Source of the DNA: Eledone cirrhosa
Lineage: Eukaryota
DNA: 64,000 nt
Assembly (NCBI GenBank): GCA_964016885.1
Contig: OZ024758.1
Span: forward strand, 12,710,001-12,774,000
Direction of reading: 5' to 3'
A model generated the notes under the pieces. It was given only the letters and a program-made list of their open reading frames with translations, was not told the origin of the DNA and searched no databases. Below are positions 1 to 12,177 of this stretch, one piece after another. Every line of letters begins with the position of its first letter. Position 1 is the stretch's first letter. The translations under genes and the position numbers were made by a program.

Positions 1-240
1 TGGACAGCAGAAGGTCTTTGGAGAAGAAACCCTTAGGAGAGCTGGACAGCAGAAGGTCTTCAGAGAAGGGACTCCTAGGAGAGCTGGACAGCAGAAGGTC
101 TTTGGAGAAGAAACCCTTAGGAGAGCTGGACAGCAGAAGGTCTTCAGAGAAGGTACTCTTAGGAGAGCTGGACAGCAGAAGGTCTTTGGAGAAGAAACCC
201 TTAGGAGAGCTGGACAGCAGAAGGTCTTCAGAGAAGAAAC
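1..240. repeat. 42-bp minisatellite with alternating A/B units (84-bp higher order), truncated at window start
   Basis: Unit tggacagcagaaggtctt...ggagagc restarts at 1, 43, 85, 127, 169 and 211; gagaagaaaccctt alternates with gagaagg(g/t)actc(c/t)t. Confidence 0.95.
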
Positions 241-269
241 TGAACTCAAGCAACTGTTTTGGCTCTTAA
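3..269 (+). CDS. Possible 3' end of a coding exon with a 14-aa repeat (LGELDSRRSxEKxx)
   Basis: Frame is open from the window edge to TAA at 267-269 and the unit length is a multiple of 3. Two minus-strand frames are also open across the repeat, so coding status is unresolved. Confidence 0.25.
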   Translation, partial: DSRRSLEKKPLGELDSRRSSEKGLLGELDSRRSLEKKPLGELDSRRSSEKVLLGELDSRRSLEKKPLGELDSRRSSEKKLNSSNCFGS

Positions 270-526
270 TAATTCCTCTTAGACAAATAATTCATCTTTG
301 TTTTTATTTTTATGTTTCGCGTAGTCTCTTTTAGCGCCTCTTTCCACAGATATCATAAACACACACACACACACACACATACACACACACACACACCTAC
401 AAACCCACGTAGATATACCTACACATGCAAACACACGCATATATACACATACTCACACACACAGATACACACATGTATGTTTGTGTGTGTGTGTCTGAAA
501 TCTGAGAATTAGTACGGAGCCACCCA

Positions 527-790
527 TTCAAGTACTTAGAAGTAAAGGAGAATGTGAGAAGAATATTAAAATCCAATCAGAACGCCGCTAATAAGATTAA
601 AGGTATATCTTGTGCTGGTCATACGAGACGTAAATATAATAAATTGGGAATTAAGTGAACCTAAGAGCCTAGATAAGAAACCCCGAATACTTGTTACATG
701 CCAAACCCACTATTCTCAAGTTGATATAGATAGGATATACCTACCACGAGCAAATGTGGAAGTTTCTGATAAAGATGGCGAACTATTACA
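527..790 (+). mobile_element. Decayed R4/Dong-like non-LTR retrotransposon fragment (end of RT and downstream region)
   Basis: Translates FKYLE..VRRILKSNQNAANKIKGI, then a frameshift to IINWELSEPKSLDKKPRIL..HYSQVDIDRIYLPR. This resembles the R4-type pattern YKYLG..RKILKSKLNGGNKIKAIN..INW..LDRKTRK..HPKADIDRLYLPR recalled from memory. Confidence 0.7.
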
Positions 791-929
791 AAGTCGGTTT
801 AGAAGCCAGCAAATGTAGAAGGATTATAAAGCAGCATGATAGTAGACCCTAACATATTTGATATATTAAGAAATAAGGAATTTCTTTACAAAAGTATAAA
901 GCTTCGACGTTTAGTGAAAGAAAAGGCAT

Positions 930-1110
930 AGTTGATTATATCGACCTTAGAATATGATAGGTTATTTTATTTTATTAATCCGGGGAAAATGAAATTCAAA
1001 GCTTCAAAGCTGACTGACCTGGGTGCGATATGAACTGGGTAAGTATATAGGGATGTAACTAAATACCGTAAGACATTATTTTCCGGATTCTCCAAAGATT
1101 TTACCAACCC
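930..1110 (-). mobile_element. Degraded copy of the main tRNA-derived SINE family
   Basis: Reverse complement aligns by eye with the 9134-9350 copy (gattatatcgacc, tattttatt, gaaattcaaag, gacctgggtgcgatatgaact, gggatgtaact). Confidence 0.6.
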
Positions 1111-1604
1111 AGCGCATATCAAACTCATTCTTGACGATAACTAGAAGCTAATTACACCGAATAAAAATCTTGATAACGACAGAACAATCAGTAAAGAGAG
1201 ATAACTAAATAGACACGAAGAAGAACATAAAGGAGAACTTCAAAATACAATAAAGAAAAGGGCCAGCCTTCTGAAGGGCTTATATGACCAGATTGATAAG
1301 TAGATGAAAGTAAATAAGCCAGATGTCATAACCCCTAACGGAAGTGAAGACTCGTGCGCCGCCCTGGTAGACGTTTGTATACTTTTCAAACATAAGTTTT
1401 CTAGAAAAGAAAACTAAAATGGTATCAAATTAAAAGTAAAAATAACACGAGAAAGAAATAGCAAAGTTCTGAGGCAAGTGTGAAGACATTGTACCATTAA
1501 TAATTAGGATAATAAATTTTGATGACCAAAACATGTAAAAACGACAAACAAAAAAGAACCAGCGGGTTTCTCAAATTTATGTACAACAAAAAAGGTTTTC
1601 ATAT

Positions 1605-1771
1605 TGTACAGAACATTACGTCCCTCTTTACGGTCAAATCCCGCCAAAGTTAACTTTGCCTTTCATCCTTACAGGGTCGATAAAATAAAGTACCAGTAAC
1701 ACACTAGGGTCGATTTAATCTACTTTCCCTCCCTCAAAATTGTTTACTTTGTGCCTAAATTAGAAACATTA
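1605..1771 (+). mobile_element. Main SINE family, 5'-truncated copy
   Basis: Contains tcaaatcccgcc..aactttgcctttcatccttacagggtcgataaaataaagtaccagt..ttgtgcctaaattagaaac, shared with the other copies. Confidence 0.9.
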
Positions 1772-1786
1772 GTACTGTGGTCATTA

Positions 1787-1895
1787 TATGGCTGATTGGT
1801 TATGAATGGAAATCATTCGGTTCCGAGTTCGCTCTCCTTGCTTGACATCTTGTGCAAGAGTTATTTACCAAAGACTCGGGTCTCACAAAGACCTA
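1787..1895 (+). mobile_element. Degraded head of a second tRNA-derived SINE family
   Basis: A-box-like tggctgattggtt and B-box-like gagttcgctc, followed by CORE-like catcttgtgcaagag. Confidence 0.4.
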
Positions 1896-2804
1896 TAAGG
1901 CTGACCAAGATACTCTCATGGAATGACCAAATGAGGTTTATTTTTCAACATAGTCCCTAGAAAGAAACAATGCAATTATTAATAAGAAAAGTTAAAATTA
2001 AATTAATGCATGCAAGATTTCACAGCCCTAGAATTACTCCTTCATAGTCAGCCTATAACCTTTTCAGCCGATCCTTTACATTTATAACCGCTACGAAATT
2101 TCATTTAAGTTTCTTTATACAAACTACGCTGTGTTAGTATTTCACAGATCGACTTTTCAGTTAGGTTTTCCGGTATCACTGTTAAGTTAACAAACCACAC
2201 ACCCAGTGACTCATGAAGGAAGTGTTAGTTAAATGCTATAGAAATACATATGCAGATGCCATGCCAAAGAGTAAATGATATAGGTAGAATAACAAAAACA
2301 TATAAAACAAATCAAACAATAATATTAGAAGACAGGAAGAACAATTTAAGAAGAACAATCACCAGAGATAACACAGATGGCTTTATTAATGTTACGGCAA
2401 CACTTAACTTAAATCTTCAACTACAGAAACACGGTTAACAGTAATATCAGGAGAATGTGTAACATTTAACTTTAAGGCTTAAATTCAAACAAAATTGAAA
2501 AAAATATATTATTTTTCAATATATGTTGTTGTGAAAGGAAGCTGGTAAATTTCAGACGAGGTGCTGTGATTTCTCTGTTGATGGAGATGATAGTGATGAC
2601 AGTGGTTGTGATGACGTTGGGCATATACACACACACAAACACACTCACACACACAGATACACACACACACACACACAAACACTCACACTCACACACACAC
2701 ACACACACACATATATGTATATATAAAGAATCTCGATATATTTTTTACAGGAAACGTGATGACAACGCTCTTAAGATGTTTACTTTACGTGGCGTACTTA
2801 TGTA

Positions 2805-2837
<33 letters not shown>

Positions 2838-2840
2838 GTC

Positions 2841-2882
<42 letters not shown>

Positions 2883-2883
2883 C

Positions 2884-2928
<45 letters not shown>

Positions 2929-3000
2929 ATAAAGAAATCTATCTATCTATCTATCTATCTGTATATCTGCCTGTCATTTTGTATGTCTGTCCATCTATCT

Positions 3001-3090
3001 ATCGATAAAATAAAGCACCAGTAATGCAATGGGGTCTATTTAATCGACCCTACCACACATGGTAAACCTTGTGCCTAAATCAGAAAAGAT
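3001..3090 (+). mobile_element. 3' fragment of main SINE family
   Basis: tcgataaaataaagcaccagtaatgcaatggggtctatttaatcgacc..ccttgtgcctaaatcagaaa. Confidence 0.8.
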
Positions 3091-3257
3091 TTTTATAGAG
3101 AATATGTAAACTGAAGTACTTAAGCCATAAATTAAACTATTATTACATATTCGTCTGGGGGTGAGTTTAGGGTCACTTCAACGTCGGGGAACTAAACTAT
3201 ATACACCCTTTCACAAAAGGAGGGCAAACCCCCTCAAATGAAAATTGGCTACAAACG

Positions 3258-3293
<36 letters not shown>

Positions 3294-3444
3294 ATATATA
3301 TATATATCTATCTTCACAGAAGCCTCATTCGTATAGCCTGGTCTATTCGATTTTTTATATAGTTAATTATGCTAATTGGGAGAGGAAATAGTATATATTT
3401 TATCTTGTGATTCTATAAACATGTTTTATGATATATATATATAT

Positions 3445-3638
3445 ATAGGAAAATGTTTGACCCCGACGGCAGAGCTCAAGCAGTTTCGACGGCTATTTCT
3501 GAGTCCAGAAATAGCGGTCGAAACGGCTTGAGCTCTGCCGTCGGCATCAAACATTTTCCTATTACCCACTCTACTACCCTAAGTATTGAGTACTATGGTG
3601 CGTTATGGTCTATCTGGTTCCTTACCACACTTCCTTCG

Positions 3639-3640
<2 letters not shown>
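3445..3640 (+). mobile_element. Fold-back+tail element family F1, copy 1, in (TA)n
   Basis: Palindrome 3445-3562 (ataggaaaatgtttga..tcaaacattttcctat), then a ~78-bp tail tacccactctactaccctaag..ccttcgtt; TA tracts on both sides. Confidence 0.9.
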
Positions 3641-3688
<48 letters not shown>

Positions 3689-3690
<2 letters not shown>

Positions 3691-3829
3691 TAAATTAACA
3701 GATTAAAATTTAAGCAAAGAACGCTGCTTTCACCCTTAATATTTGCTCTACGGTTATTATATATTTGATATATATTTATCTTTATCGAGCCCTCTTTGGA
3801 TTTTAGTCTTCACATTTATTATTATTACT
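3689..3829 (+). repeat. Short interspersed module A in (TA)n; second copy at 38260-38353
   Basis: Both copies share attaaa.taacagattaaa.tttaagcaaaga..cgctgctttcacccttaa and gattttagtcttcacatt.attattattact. Confidence 0.8.
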
Positions 3830-3871
3830 ATATATATATATATATAAATATATATTTATATATATATATTT

Positions 3872-4031
3872 AGTGACGAAACATAAGTCAATTGCATGAA
3901 CTCATAATCCTTTATTTACTGCTATATATATTTCGATGATAGCCATTGAATGGCTATGGCCTCATCAGGCAATTAGTCAGTTCTTAGATATGCCAGCTCT
4001 GTGTTTATAGTGTTGATAGTACCAGAGCCTT
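3872..4031 (-). mobile_element. HHR-bearing element family B (Penelope pLTR/retrozyme-like), copy 1
   Basis: Near-identical reverse complement of 37954-38113; flanked by (TA)n. Confidence 0.85.
3917..3974 (-). ncRNA. Type I hammerhead ribozyme (family B)
   Basis: Minus strand reads attgc CTGATGA ggc-c-atagccatt-c-aatggctat-c-atc GAAA tatata TA gcagt: core, stems I and II, palindromic loop III, AUA triplet. Confidence 0.8.
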
Positions 4032-4055
4032 ATATATATATTTATATATATATAT

Positions 4056-4473
<418 letters not shown>

Positions 4474-4680
4474 ATTTATATATATAATCGAACTTTAGCT
4501 GCAGTACAGTAAGTACAATTCGATTTGTTTTGATGCAATCACGGAATACTCAATGGATCGAACGTTAAAAACAAGCCTTAAGTCCAGAGTTAAACACCGT
4601 AGTTATAAAATGTGACACCAAGATAACCGACTGAAAGCACAAACTATACACACAACAAAATAACGATATATATACAAAGG

Positions 4681-4727
<47 letters not shown>

Positions 4728-4981
4728 TATATATATATCCTGGTACATGGGCGTATGTCATGTAAAAATGTATATTATCCAGATGCATACTCACGAATCC
4801 ACACCTTCAGAAACACACACACACACACACACAGTCTTTCATAAACACACACACACACACACATACAGTCTTTCATATATATACAAACACACACAGACAT
4901 TTATACACATGTATATATCTATAAAAGTAAATATATGTAAACGAAACTTAATAGTTCTTCTTTATTTATATATATATATGT

Positions 4982-5330
4982 GATATATATATAATATAAT
5001 ATATATTTATACAATATATATATATGCTATATATATAATATAATATATATTTATACAATATATATATATATGATATATAATATAATATATATTTATACAA
5101 TATATATATATATATGATATATATATAATATAATATATATTTATACAATATATATATATATGATATATATATAATATAATATATATTTATACAATATATA
5201 TATATATGATATATATATAATATAATATATATTTATACAATATATATATATATGATATATATATAATATAATATATATTTATACAATATATATATGATAT
5301 ATATATTATATAATATATATTTATACTATA
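4982..5330. repeat. ~45-bp minisatellite built from degenerate TA, about 8 units
   Basis: Unit gatatatatataatataatatatatttatacaatatatatatat recurs about every 45 bp. Confidence 0.85.
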
Positions 5331-5647
5331 TATATATATAGTATATAATATATAGTGCAAATTTATATATATACACCCGAGTAGACAATCGTATCCGGGC
5401 GCGTGTGGCCAAGTACTAATAGCAAATCAACTCCCTCGAATTGTTTATACACACATATGTATACACCCACACAGCCTTATACAAGGACACAGCCTTATAC
5501 ACCGACACAGTTGTATATACGCAGTTGTTTTGTTCCTGTTATACACACTAGATCAGGGAGGCCACCCGCATTCTGTTTATTTCTGGGAAGCGTGAATTGT
5601 GACTGGCAAACAAATAAATATATACATTAAATGTGTTACAGATTCTT

Positions 5648-5655
5648 ATATATAC

Positions 5656-5738
<83 letters not shown>

Positions 5739-5895
5739 ATATATATCTATATATACATATATATCTATATATATAGCATATCTATATATCTATATATATA
5801 CATATATATACATATATATATATATCTATCTATATATATACATATATATCTATATATATACATATATATACATATCTATATATCTATATATATAC

Positions 5896-5946
<51 letters not shown>

Positions 5947-6031
5947 TATCTATATATATACATATATATACATATATCTATATCTATATATATACATATA
6001 TATACATATATATATCTATATATATACATAA

Positions 6032-6098
<67 letters not shown>

Positions 6099-6160
6099 AT
6101 ATTTAAGAATATAAAGGACTATATATATATATATATATATCCATTTATATATATATATGT

Positions 6161-6254
<94 letters not shown>
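5648..6254. repeat. Long interrupted (TA)n microsatellite, representative of dozens in the window
   Basis: Direct reading; similar tracts at 11525-11797, 20096-20777, 27331-27950, 43837-44385, 48700-50385, 53715-54250 and 63575-64000. Confidence 0.95.
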
Positions 6255-6256
<2 letters not shown>

Positions 6257-6297
6257 TTTGAATCTGGTGCACATTTATGTATACACCTTAAAAAAAA

Positions 6298-6482
6298 AAA
6301 CAACAACAACAATGACAACAGCAACACACCAGCAACAACAATAACGACAACCTCAGCTACAACAATAACAACAACATCACCAACAACTATCTCTACAACA
6401 ACAACCTCCACAACAACAACAACGCCAACAACAACCTCCACAACAAGAACAACGCAACAACAACGTCCACAACAACAACACA
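6298..6482. repeat. Imperfect (CAA)n microsatellite
   Basis: Direct reading. Confidence 0.9.
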
Positions 6483-6732
6483 AGCAATAGCGATACACCA
6501 TCTAAATGAAATGCTGAATCTAAGACGGTGTTAAGAGCCTAAAGGATGTAGATACGCCTTAGACTTTCATACATTTCTGCTTATATCAACAGATAGGTGG
6601 CGCTGACTGCAGTTTAATATCAACAGATAGGTGGCGCTGACTGCAGTATAATTTCTGCTTTTGATTCAATTTAAAGCTCGCCACAACAACTATGGTATAT
6701 ATATATATTTATATTTATATATATATTTATAT

Positions 6733-6925
6733 AGCGAGGGAAAAGTGGTAAGGAACCAGGTGGACCATAACGCACCAAAGTACTCAATACTTAGGGTAGT
6801 AGAGTGGGTAATAGAAGTAAGTAAGACCCCGACGGCTGAGCTCAAGCCGTTTCGACGACTAATTCAGTACAGAATTAGCCGTCGAAACGGCTTGAGCTCA
6901 GCCGTCGGGTCTTACTTACTCCTAT
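6733..6925 (-). mobile_element. F1 copy 3
   Basis: Reverse-complement tail 6733-6810, then palindrome 6811-6925. Confidence 0.9.
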
Positions 6926-7371
6926 ATATTTATATATATATATATAACACTTTCTCTCGACTGACCTCCTCCTCGCACTTCCACTCACCCACTCTCTGTT
7001 TCTCCCCTTCTCACTTCCTCCCGTTCGCTAGGAGAGGGATTCCTTCTTTCTCACATCCCCTTCACAGCGAAAGGTCTGTTTCCTGAGCGCTCATGATATT
7101 CACCCAGCTTATGCTGATCCGATAACCATGTTGCTTGTTTTTCTTCCCATCTTCGGTTAGCTTTTCCTCCCATGTTGTTTACTTGTCTCACTCGCTTTAC
7201 GCGTTTCACTTGTCCCAATAGCTTATTTTAGTTATTGCTCGCACCAACCTGAGGATATGATTTTTAATGCGATGAAATACCAATGATCGTTGGCAAATCA
7301 CTGATGAGGGACTAATTTTATAATATGTATTCCATGTGCAACCATGCAGTATTCTTCTCCCCATGTTTTTC

Positions 7372-7410
<39 letters not shown>

Positions 7411-7473
7411 CTCATTCACGTTATGTACCTAAGTATATTATATATCGGTAACGGTTGTCAACTATTCTTAAAT

Positions 7474-7552
<79 letters not shown>

Positions 7553-7563
7553 TATATATATAA

Positions 7564-7625
<62 letters not shown>

Positions 7626-7889
7626 CAGGAAAGAAGGTTGACATGGTTTGCTATACAAAAAAGGTTTTTAATCTCATAGCTGACATTTGTTTCTCTGAAC
7701 TGGTAGGTCTAGAGATCGCTATTCGCTTATTTTCGCGTTACTCGATCGCCAATACAAAATTATAACCAGTCAGATCTTCGGAGCATGCGAGAATGAAGAA
7801 AATACACAGGCAAGAAAAGAATATACAGGCTACTATATGAAGTAGTAATGGCATTCAATTAGAACAATAAATATGTATATATATATATA

Positions 7890-8029
<140 letters not shown>

Positions 8030-8030
8030 T

Positions 8031-8184
8031 GGGAAGGTTCATATTGTTGTAATAATATTGCCAGAAATATTAATAAAACAAACTCACTGTTTGGGTTGGG
8101 TTGGTTTTCGCTTCCTTCTGTATCATTTATATCTCCATAGTTAATTTGTCTGGTAATCAATGTTTATCATTGATTGACCAGCGG

Positions 8185-8188
<4 letters not shown>
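8031..8188 (-). mobile_element. TA-embedded element family F2 body; inverted homologue of 57501-57658
   Basis: Shares atattgccagaaata, ttggttttcgctt, tatctccatagttaattt and aatcaatgtttatcattgatt.accagcggttaa with the reverse complement of 57501-57658. Confidence 0.8.
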
Positions 8189-8231
<43 letters not shown>

Positions 8232-8236
8232 TCTAT

Positions 8237-8316
<80 letters not shown>

Positions 8317-8368
8317 TATATATATATATATGATGGTGGTAATTATGGTGATGATGATGATGAAGATA

Positions 8369-8402
<34 letters not shown>

Positions 8403-8519
8403 CGCTGAAAATAATGATGGTGGCAATTGTGGTGGTGGTGATGATGATGATGATGATGTGGATTATGATGACGATGATGATGAATTAATAAATTACTGCA
8501 TCTGAATAACACAGCGGTG

Positions 8520-8600
8520 TAGACTCCGCCGGATCGAAACCGGACACCCGTCTGACAATCACCCGGTAGCGATACTTAACCCGTTAGACTAAACAAAACC
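8520..8600 (-). other. tRNA-like / SINE-head remnant
   Basis: Minus strand has A-box-like tagtctaacgggttaag and B-box-like ccggtttcgatccgg (T-arm hairpin); no intact cloverleaf. Confidence 0.4.
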
Positions 8601-9133
8601 TATCAGTGATCCTACAAAATAAGATCTACATGCAACCTTCTCTCGGATATATTGCATATGATCGACATTGTCACGAATAGATCTCTCCCGTCTAGAAAAA
8701 GTATCTACAAATCCGATGACTCCATTACCGAGAAGGACACGACACGTGCTATTCCTCTCATCCACACCTTAGCTCAACACTCAATACTCTCTAATCATAA
8801 ATACTCTTATATGATTTTCAATACCAATTCACCTGTTTATCAAGACTCGAGAGAAGCCGTTTAGGTAAATTTTAAGACCCATCTCAATTACACTACGCCA
8901 TCTATATGGCTAAATAAAGTGCTTTTGAGAAAAATATATCTTACACCTGCTTGAAACCAAATACCTTGCACCGACTACAAGGACTGTTGGTGTCTTTAGA
9001 GTGGCTTTATTGCCACGCTGCAGTTGGTGTGTCTTCGTTGCTGATAGCAAGCGACTTAGCACGAACAAAGGAGCCATCGTGTTTCACATCAAATTAAGGG
9101 TTTTATTTTATCTACGTGGATAAGGGTAGTATC

Positions 9134-9350
9134 GTGGATAGGCAGTATCGGTAGAGCGTCGGACGCCATGCTTTGTAGCATAGAGTTACAGCCCTTTATG
9201 GTCTGAGTTCAAATCCGGCCGAGGTTAACTTTGCCTTTCATCCTTACGAGGTCGATAAAATAAAGTACCAGTCACGCACTGTGGTCGATTTAATCGACCC
9301 CCCCCCCACTAAAATTGGTGGCCTTGTGCCTATAGTAGAAATCAATATTA
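9134..9350 (+). mobile_element. Full-length main tRNA-derived SINE (central domain resembles Meta/MESC type)
   Basis: A box ggcagtatcggtag, B box gagttcaaatcc, body gcctttcatccttacgaggtcgataaaataaagtaccagt, internal palindrome ggtcgatttaatcgacc, 3' end ccttgtgcctatagtagaaa. Confidence 0.92.
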
Positions 9351-9524
9351 CTTCCATGGATAATATACTGAGGTTGTGACGGTTATCAATATATCTCTTC
9401 GAGTTGGCCACCTAGTTTCACTCTAATTAAGTATTTTCTTTCGCTATTTTTTTTACTAAACCTGCGGGAATCTTATCCATCTTTTTACTTTTTTAAACTC
9501 ATAAACATGTAAAAGCGATATAGA

Positions 9525-9598
9525 GGAAGAATCGATCCCAGTGCTAGACTAGTACTTTTTTTATCGACCCCGAATGGATGGAAGGAAAAGTTGACCTC
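9525..9598 (-). mobile_element. Main SINE internal fragment
   Basis: actagtacttt..tatcgaccccgaatggatggaaggaaaagttgacctc is the reverse complement of the SINE body. Confidence 0.7.
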
Positions 9599-9836
9599 AC
9601 TATCTCTAAATACGGCTTGGATAAACTGCTGTAAGTTAAGTTGTTCATTCCATAAACATATGGAAGAAATTCTGAAATTGATTGAATTAACCTGTGACAT
9701 GTCATCTTCATATTTCTACCGATAGAATTTGAGCAGGGGGGGGGGGGGGGGGGGGGGACTCCGATTTATTATCTACAACATAGTACTTGAGAGAATGAGA
9801 GAGTGGAAGGAAGCAGAGGGATAGGTAGATAGATAA

Positions 9837-10049
9837 ATTTCTTTATTAGCCACAAGGGCACAAAAGAAGGGGACAAATACAAATGGCGAGTTTACATACA
9901 GGTATATGAAAATAAAACTATTAATAAAATAACAAATAACAATTGATATCCCCAATAGGGGGGAGGTGTTACACAGGGGGTGTACACACCCCGAAAAAAT
10001 GTACAACCCTCATCTCCAGGAGCACCAAGAGTGAGTACTCCCTTCCTCA
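9837..10049 (-). mobile_element. 3' UTR-only copy of Tx1-like LINE in (TAGA)n
   Basis: Homologous to 10198-10450; element strand ends AATAAAgaaa followed by (TCTA)n. Confidence 0.75.
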
Positions 10050-10197
10050 GGTAGATAGATATATAGATAGATAGTAAGGTAGATAGATTGGTAGATAGTT
10101 AGATAGGTAGATAGATAGATAGATAAATAGGTTATTAGATAGGTAGGTAGTTAGGTAGTTAGGTAGATAGGTAGGTAGGTAGATAGACAGATAGATA

Positions 10198-10796
10198 ATT
10201 TTCTTTTTATTTGCTACCAGGGCGCCAAAGAGTGGGACAAGTACAATGGGGGGAGTTTACATAAAAAGGCGTCCTCAATAAGGAGGAGGCAATAACAAAA
10301 TATAAAAATATAAGATATAAAATATAACAAAAATAAATTGAATAACAAAATCCTCAATAGGGAGGAGGCACCTTGGGGGGTCGCCCCTCCCCCCCCCCGA
10401 AAAAGTGTGCAACCCTTCTCCTCAGGAGCACAGAGTGAGGGTGCTCCCTTGATCTTTCATCTTTCTCACCTACAGTCTGATGTAGAGTGAAGGCCCATTC
10501 ACACGTGCCATTCTCGCCACTTTCACCCATCTTTCATAAAAACCACTGGGGTGCAGCACCTCTCTCTCCATCCTGATCCTTCTTCCGAAATGATATCGGA
10601 AGAAACGGACCAGTTGTTGGCCAGAGAGAAAAGTGTCTGACCTCAGTCCTTTCAGACGCGTCCACCATACAACCTCTTTCGCCATGGCTATTACACACAG
10701 AAACACCGCCTCTCCTTCGTTTTTGAAGAGGGGAGGCAGCTTGATCGTTACAATAGACTCGGTGGTCAACCGGATCGGTCCCACCCGTGACAGCAG
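10198..10796 (-). mobile_element. 5'-truncated L1/Tx1-like LINE: ORF2 C-terminus plus 3' UTR
   Basis: ORF 10784-10470 (..[36 protein letters not shown]) has the AKxxxWxxR..F..W pattern of L1/Tx1 ORF2 ends; TAGA tracts on both sides. Confidence 0.7.
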
Positions 10797-10856
10797 GTAG
10801 GTAGATAGACAGATAAGTAGACAGATATAGATAGATAGATAGATAGATAGATAGAG

Positions 10857-10991
<135 letters not shown>

Positions 10992-11520
10992 TAGTTATGC
11001 ATTTAATGAAATTGTTGAGTGGGAGGGGGTGTGGGTGGATAGTGATATGCAGATAGAAATGAATAACGAAAGATAAATAATAAATAATAAATGATAAATA
11101 TAAATGAAGAACATTTTAGCAAGCCTATATTACCATTGGGTAAAGTTGTACAGAGAGTAAATATGAATGTGATGTATGAGATACAATTAGATCTCGTTTC
11201 ATCAACACGCAAAGAAAACTATATTAATATGGTTACGAGGTAGAGGGAAGAAGGACATATTAGAAGGAAGCAGGTGTATCGCACCCTCCTCCTCCTGTAA
11301 CCAAACTGAAATCAAATATAATAGCAATTCAGCACATCATTTCATATTGTCTGGATTTCGTCAAGCTCCAAGAGAAATGTTAGGCGTTTAAGTTTCTCGT
11401 GTTTAGCCTGGGTTATTCCATTGACAGCTTGGCCTCGTCTGCTTCGTTGTCGTATCCTGTTGTACACACGTACATACGTACACACACACACATACAAACA
11501 TGTACACATACGTACACACA

Positions 11521-11607
<87 letters not shown>

Positions 11608-11645
11608 ATGTATGTATACATATATATATATATATATATATATGT

Positions 11646-11699
<54 letters not shown>

Positions 11700-11716
11700 G
11701 TATGTGTATATATGTA

Positions 11717-11792
<76 letters not shown>

Positions 11793-11800
<8 letters not shown>

Positions 11801-11985
11801 GTATAAGAATCTTTGATTCTTATACTTCATATAACTGCTCTGTAAATCATCTGATGTTTTTACATTGAGCTACTTAACTTACTGGTAATAAGGTACTAAT
11901 ATATTTAGGGTTTGTATAAAAAAATATATATAACTGCAAAAGGTTTTTGTATTTACATAACCATAAATAGTATAATTAATACTAT
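11793..11985 (+). mobile_element. Short fold-back+tail element in (TA)n
   Basis: Perfect 19-bp arms tatatgaagtataagaatc-ttt-gattcttatacttcatata at the TA boundary, then ~150 bp of unique tail. Confidence 0.55.
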
Positions 11986-12144
11986 ATATATATATATATA
12001 TATCAATTAGAAATAGATTGAGATATATATATAAAATAAACATATGAAGCAATCACAGGGACTGGTCATTGGAATCTTTGAGTATATTCTACAGTGGATA
12101 TGGCGCATGTCCCTCAGACATGACACCATTATTTTAATTTTGGT

Positions 12145-12177
<33 letters not shown>

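Noticed and set aside
5599-6344. Long [12 protein letters not shown] ORFs here and throughout the window
   Set aside because: They are translations of stop-free dinucleotide microsatellites.
6584-6648. 30-bp direct repeat tatcaacagataggtggcgctgactgcagt x2 containing a CTCF-like aggtggcgct
   Set aside because: Only a local duplication; a short motif match is not enough to call a binding site.
7295-7350. ctgatgag followed by a weak hairpin
   Set aside because: No GAAA and no stem I or III; at most a heavily decayed HHR.
7675-7725. Minus-strand atagc..ga-tct..aga GAAA caaatg TC agctat
   Set aside because: Looks like the 3' half of an HHR, but the CUGA core is absent.
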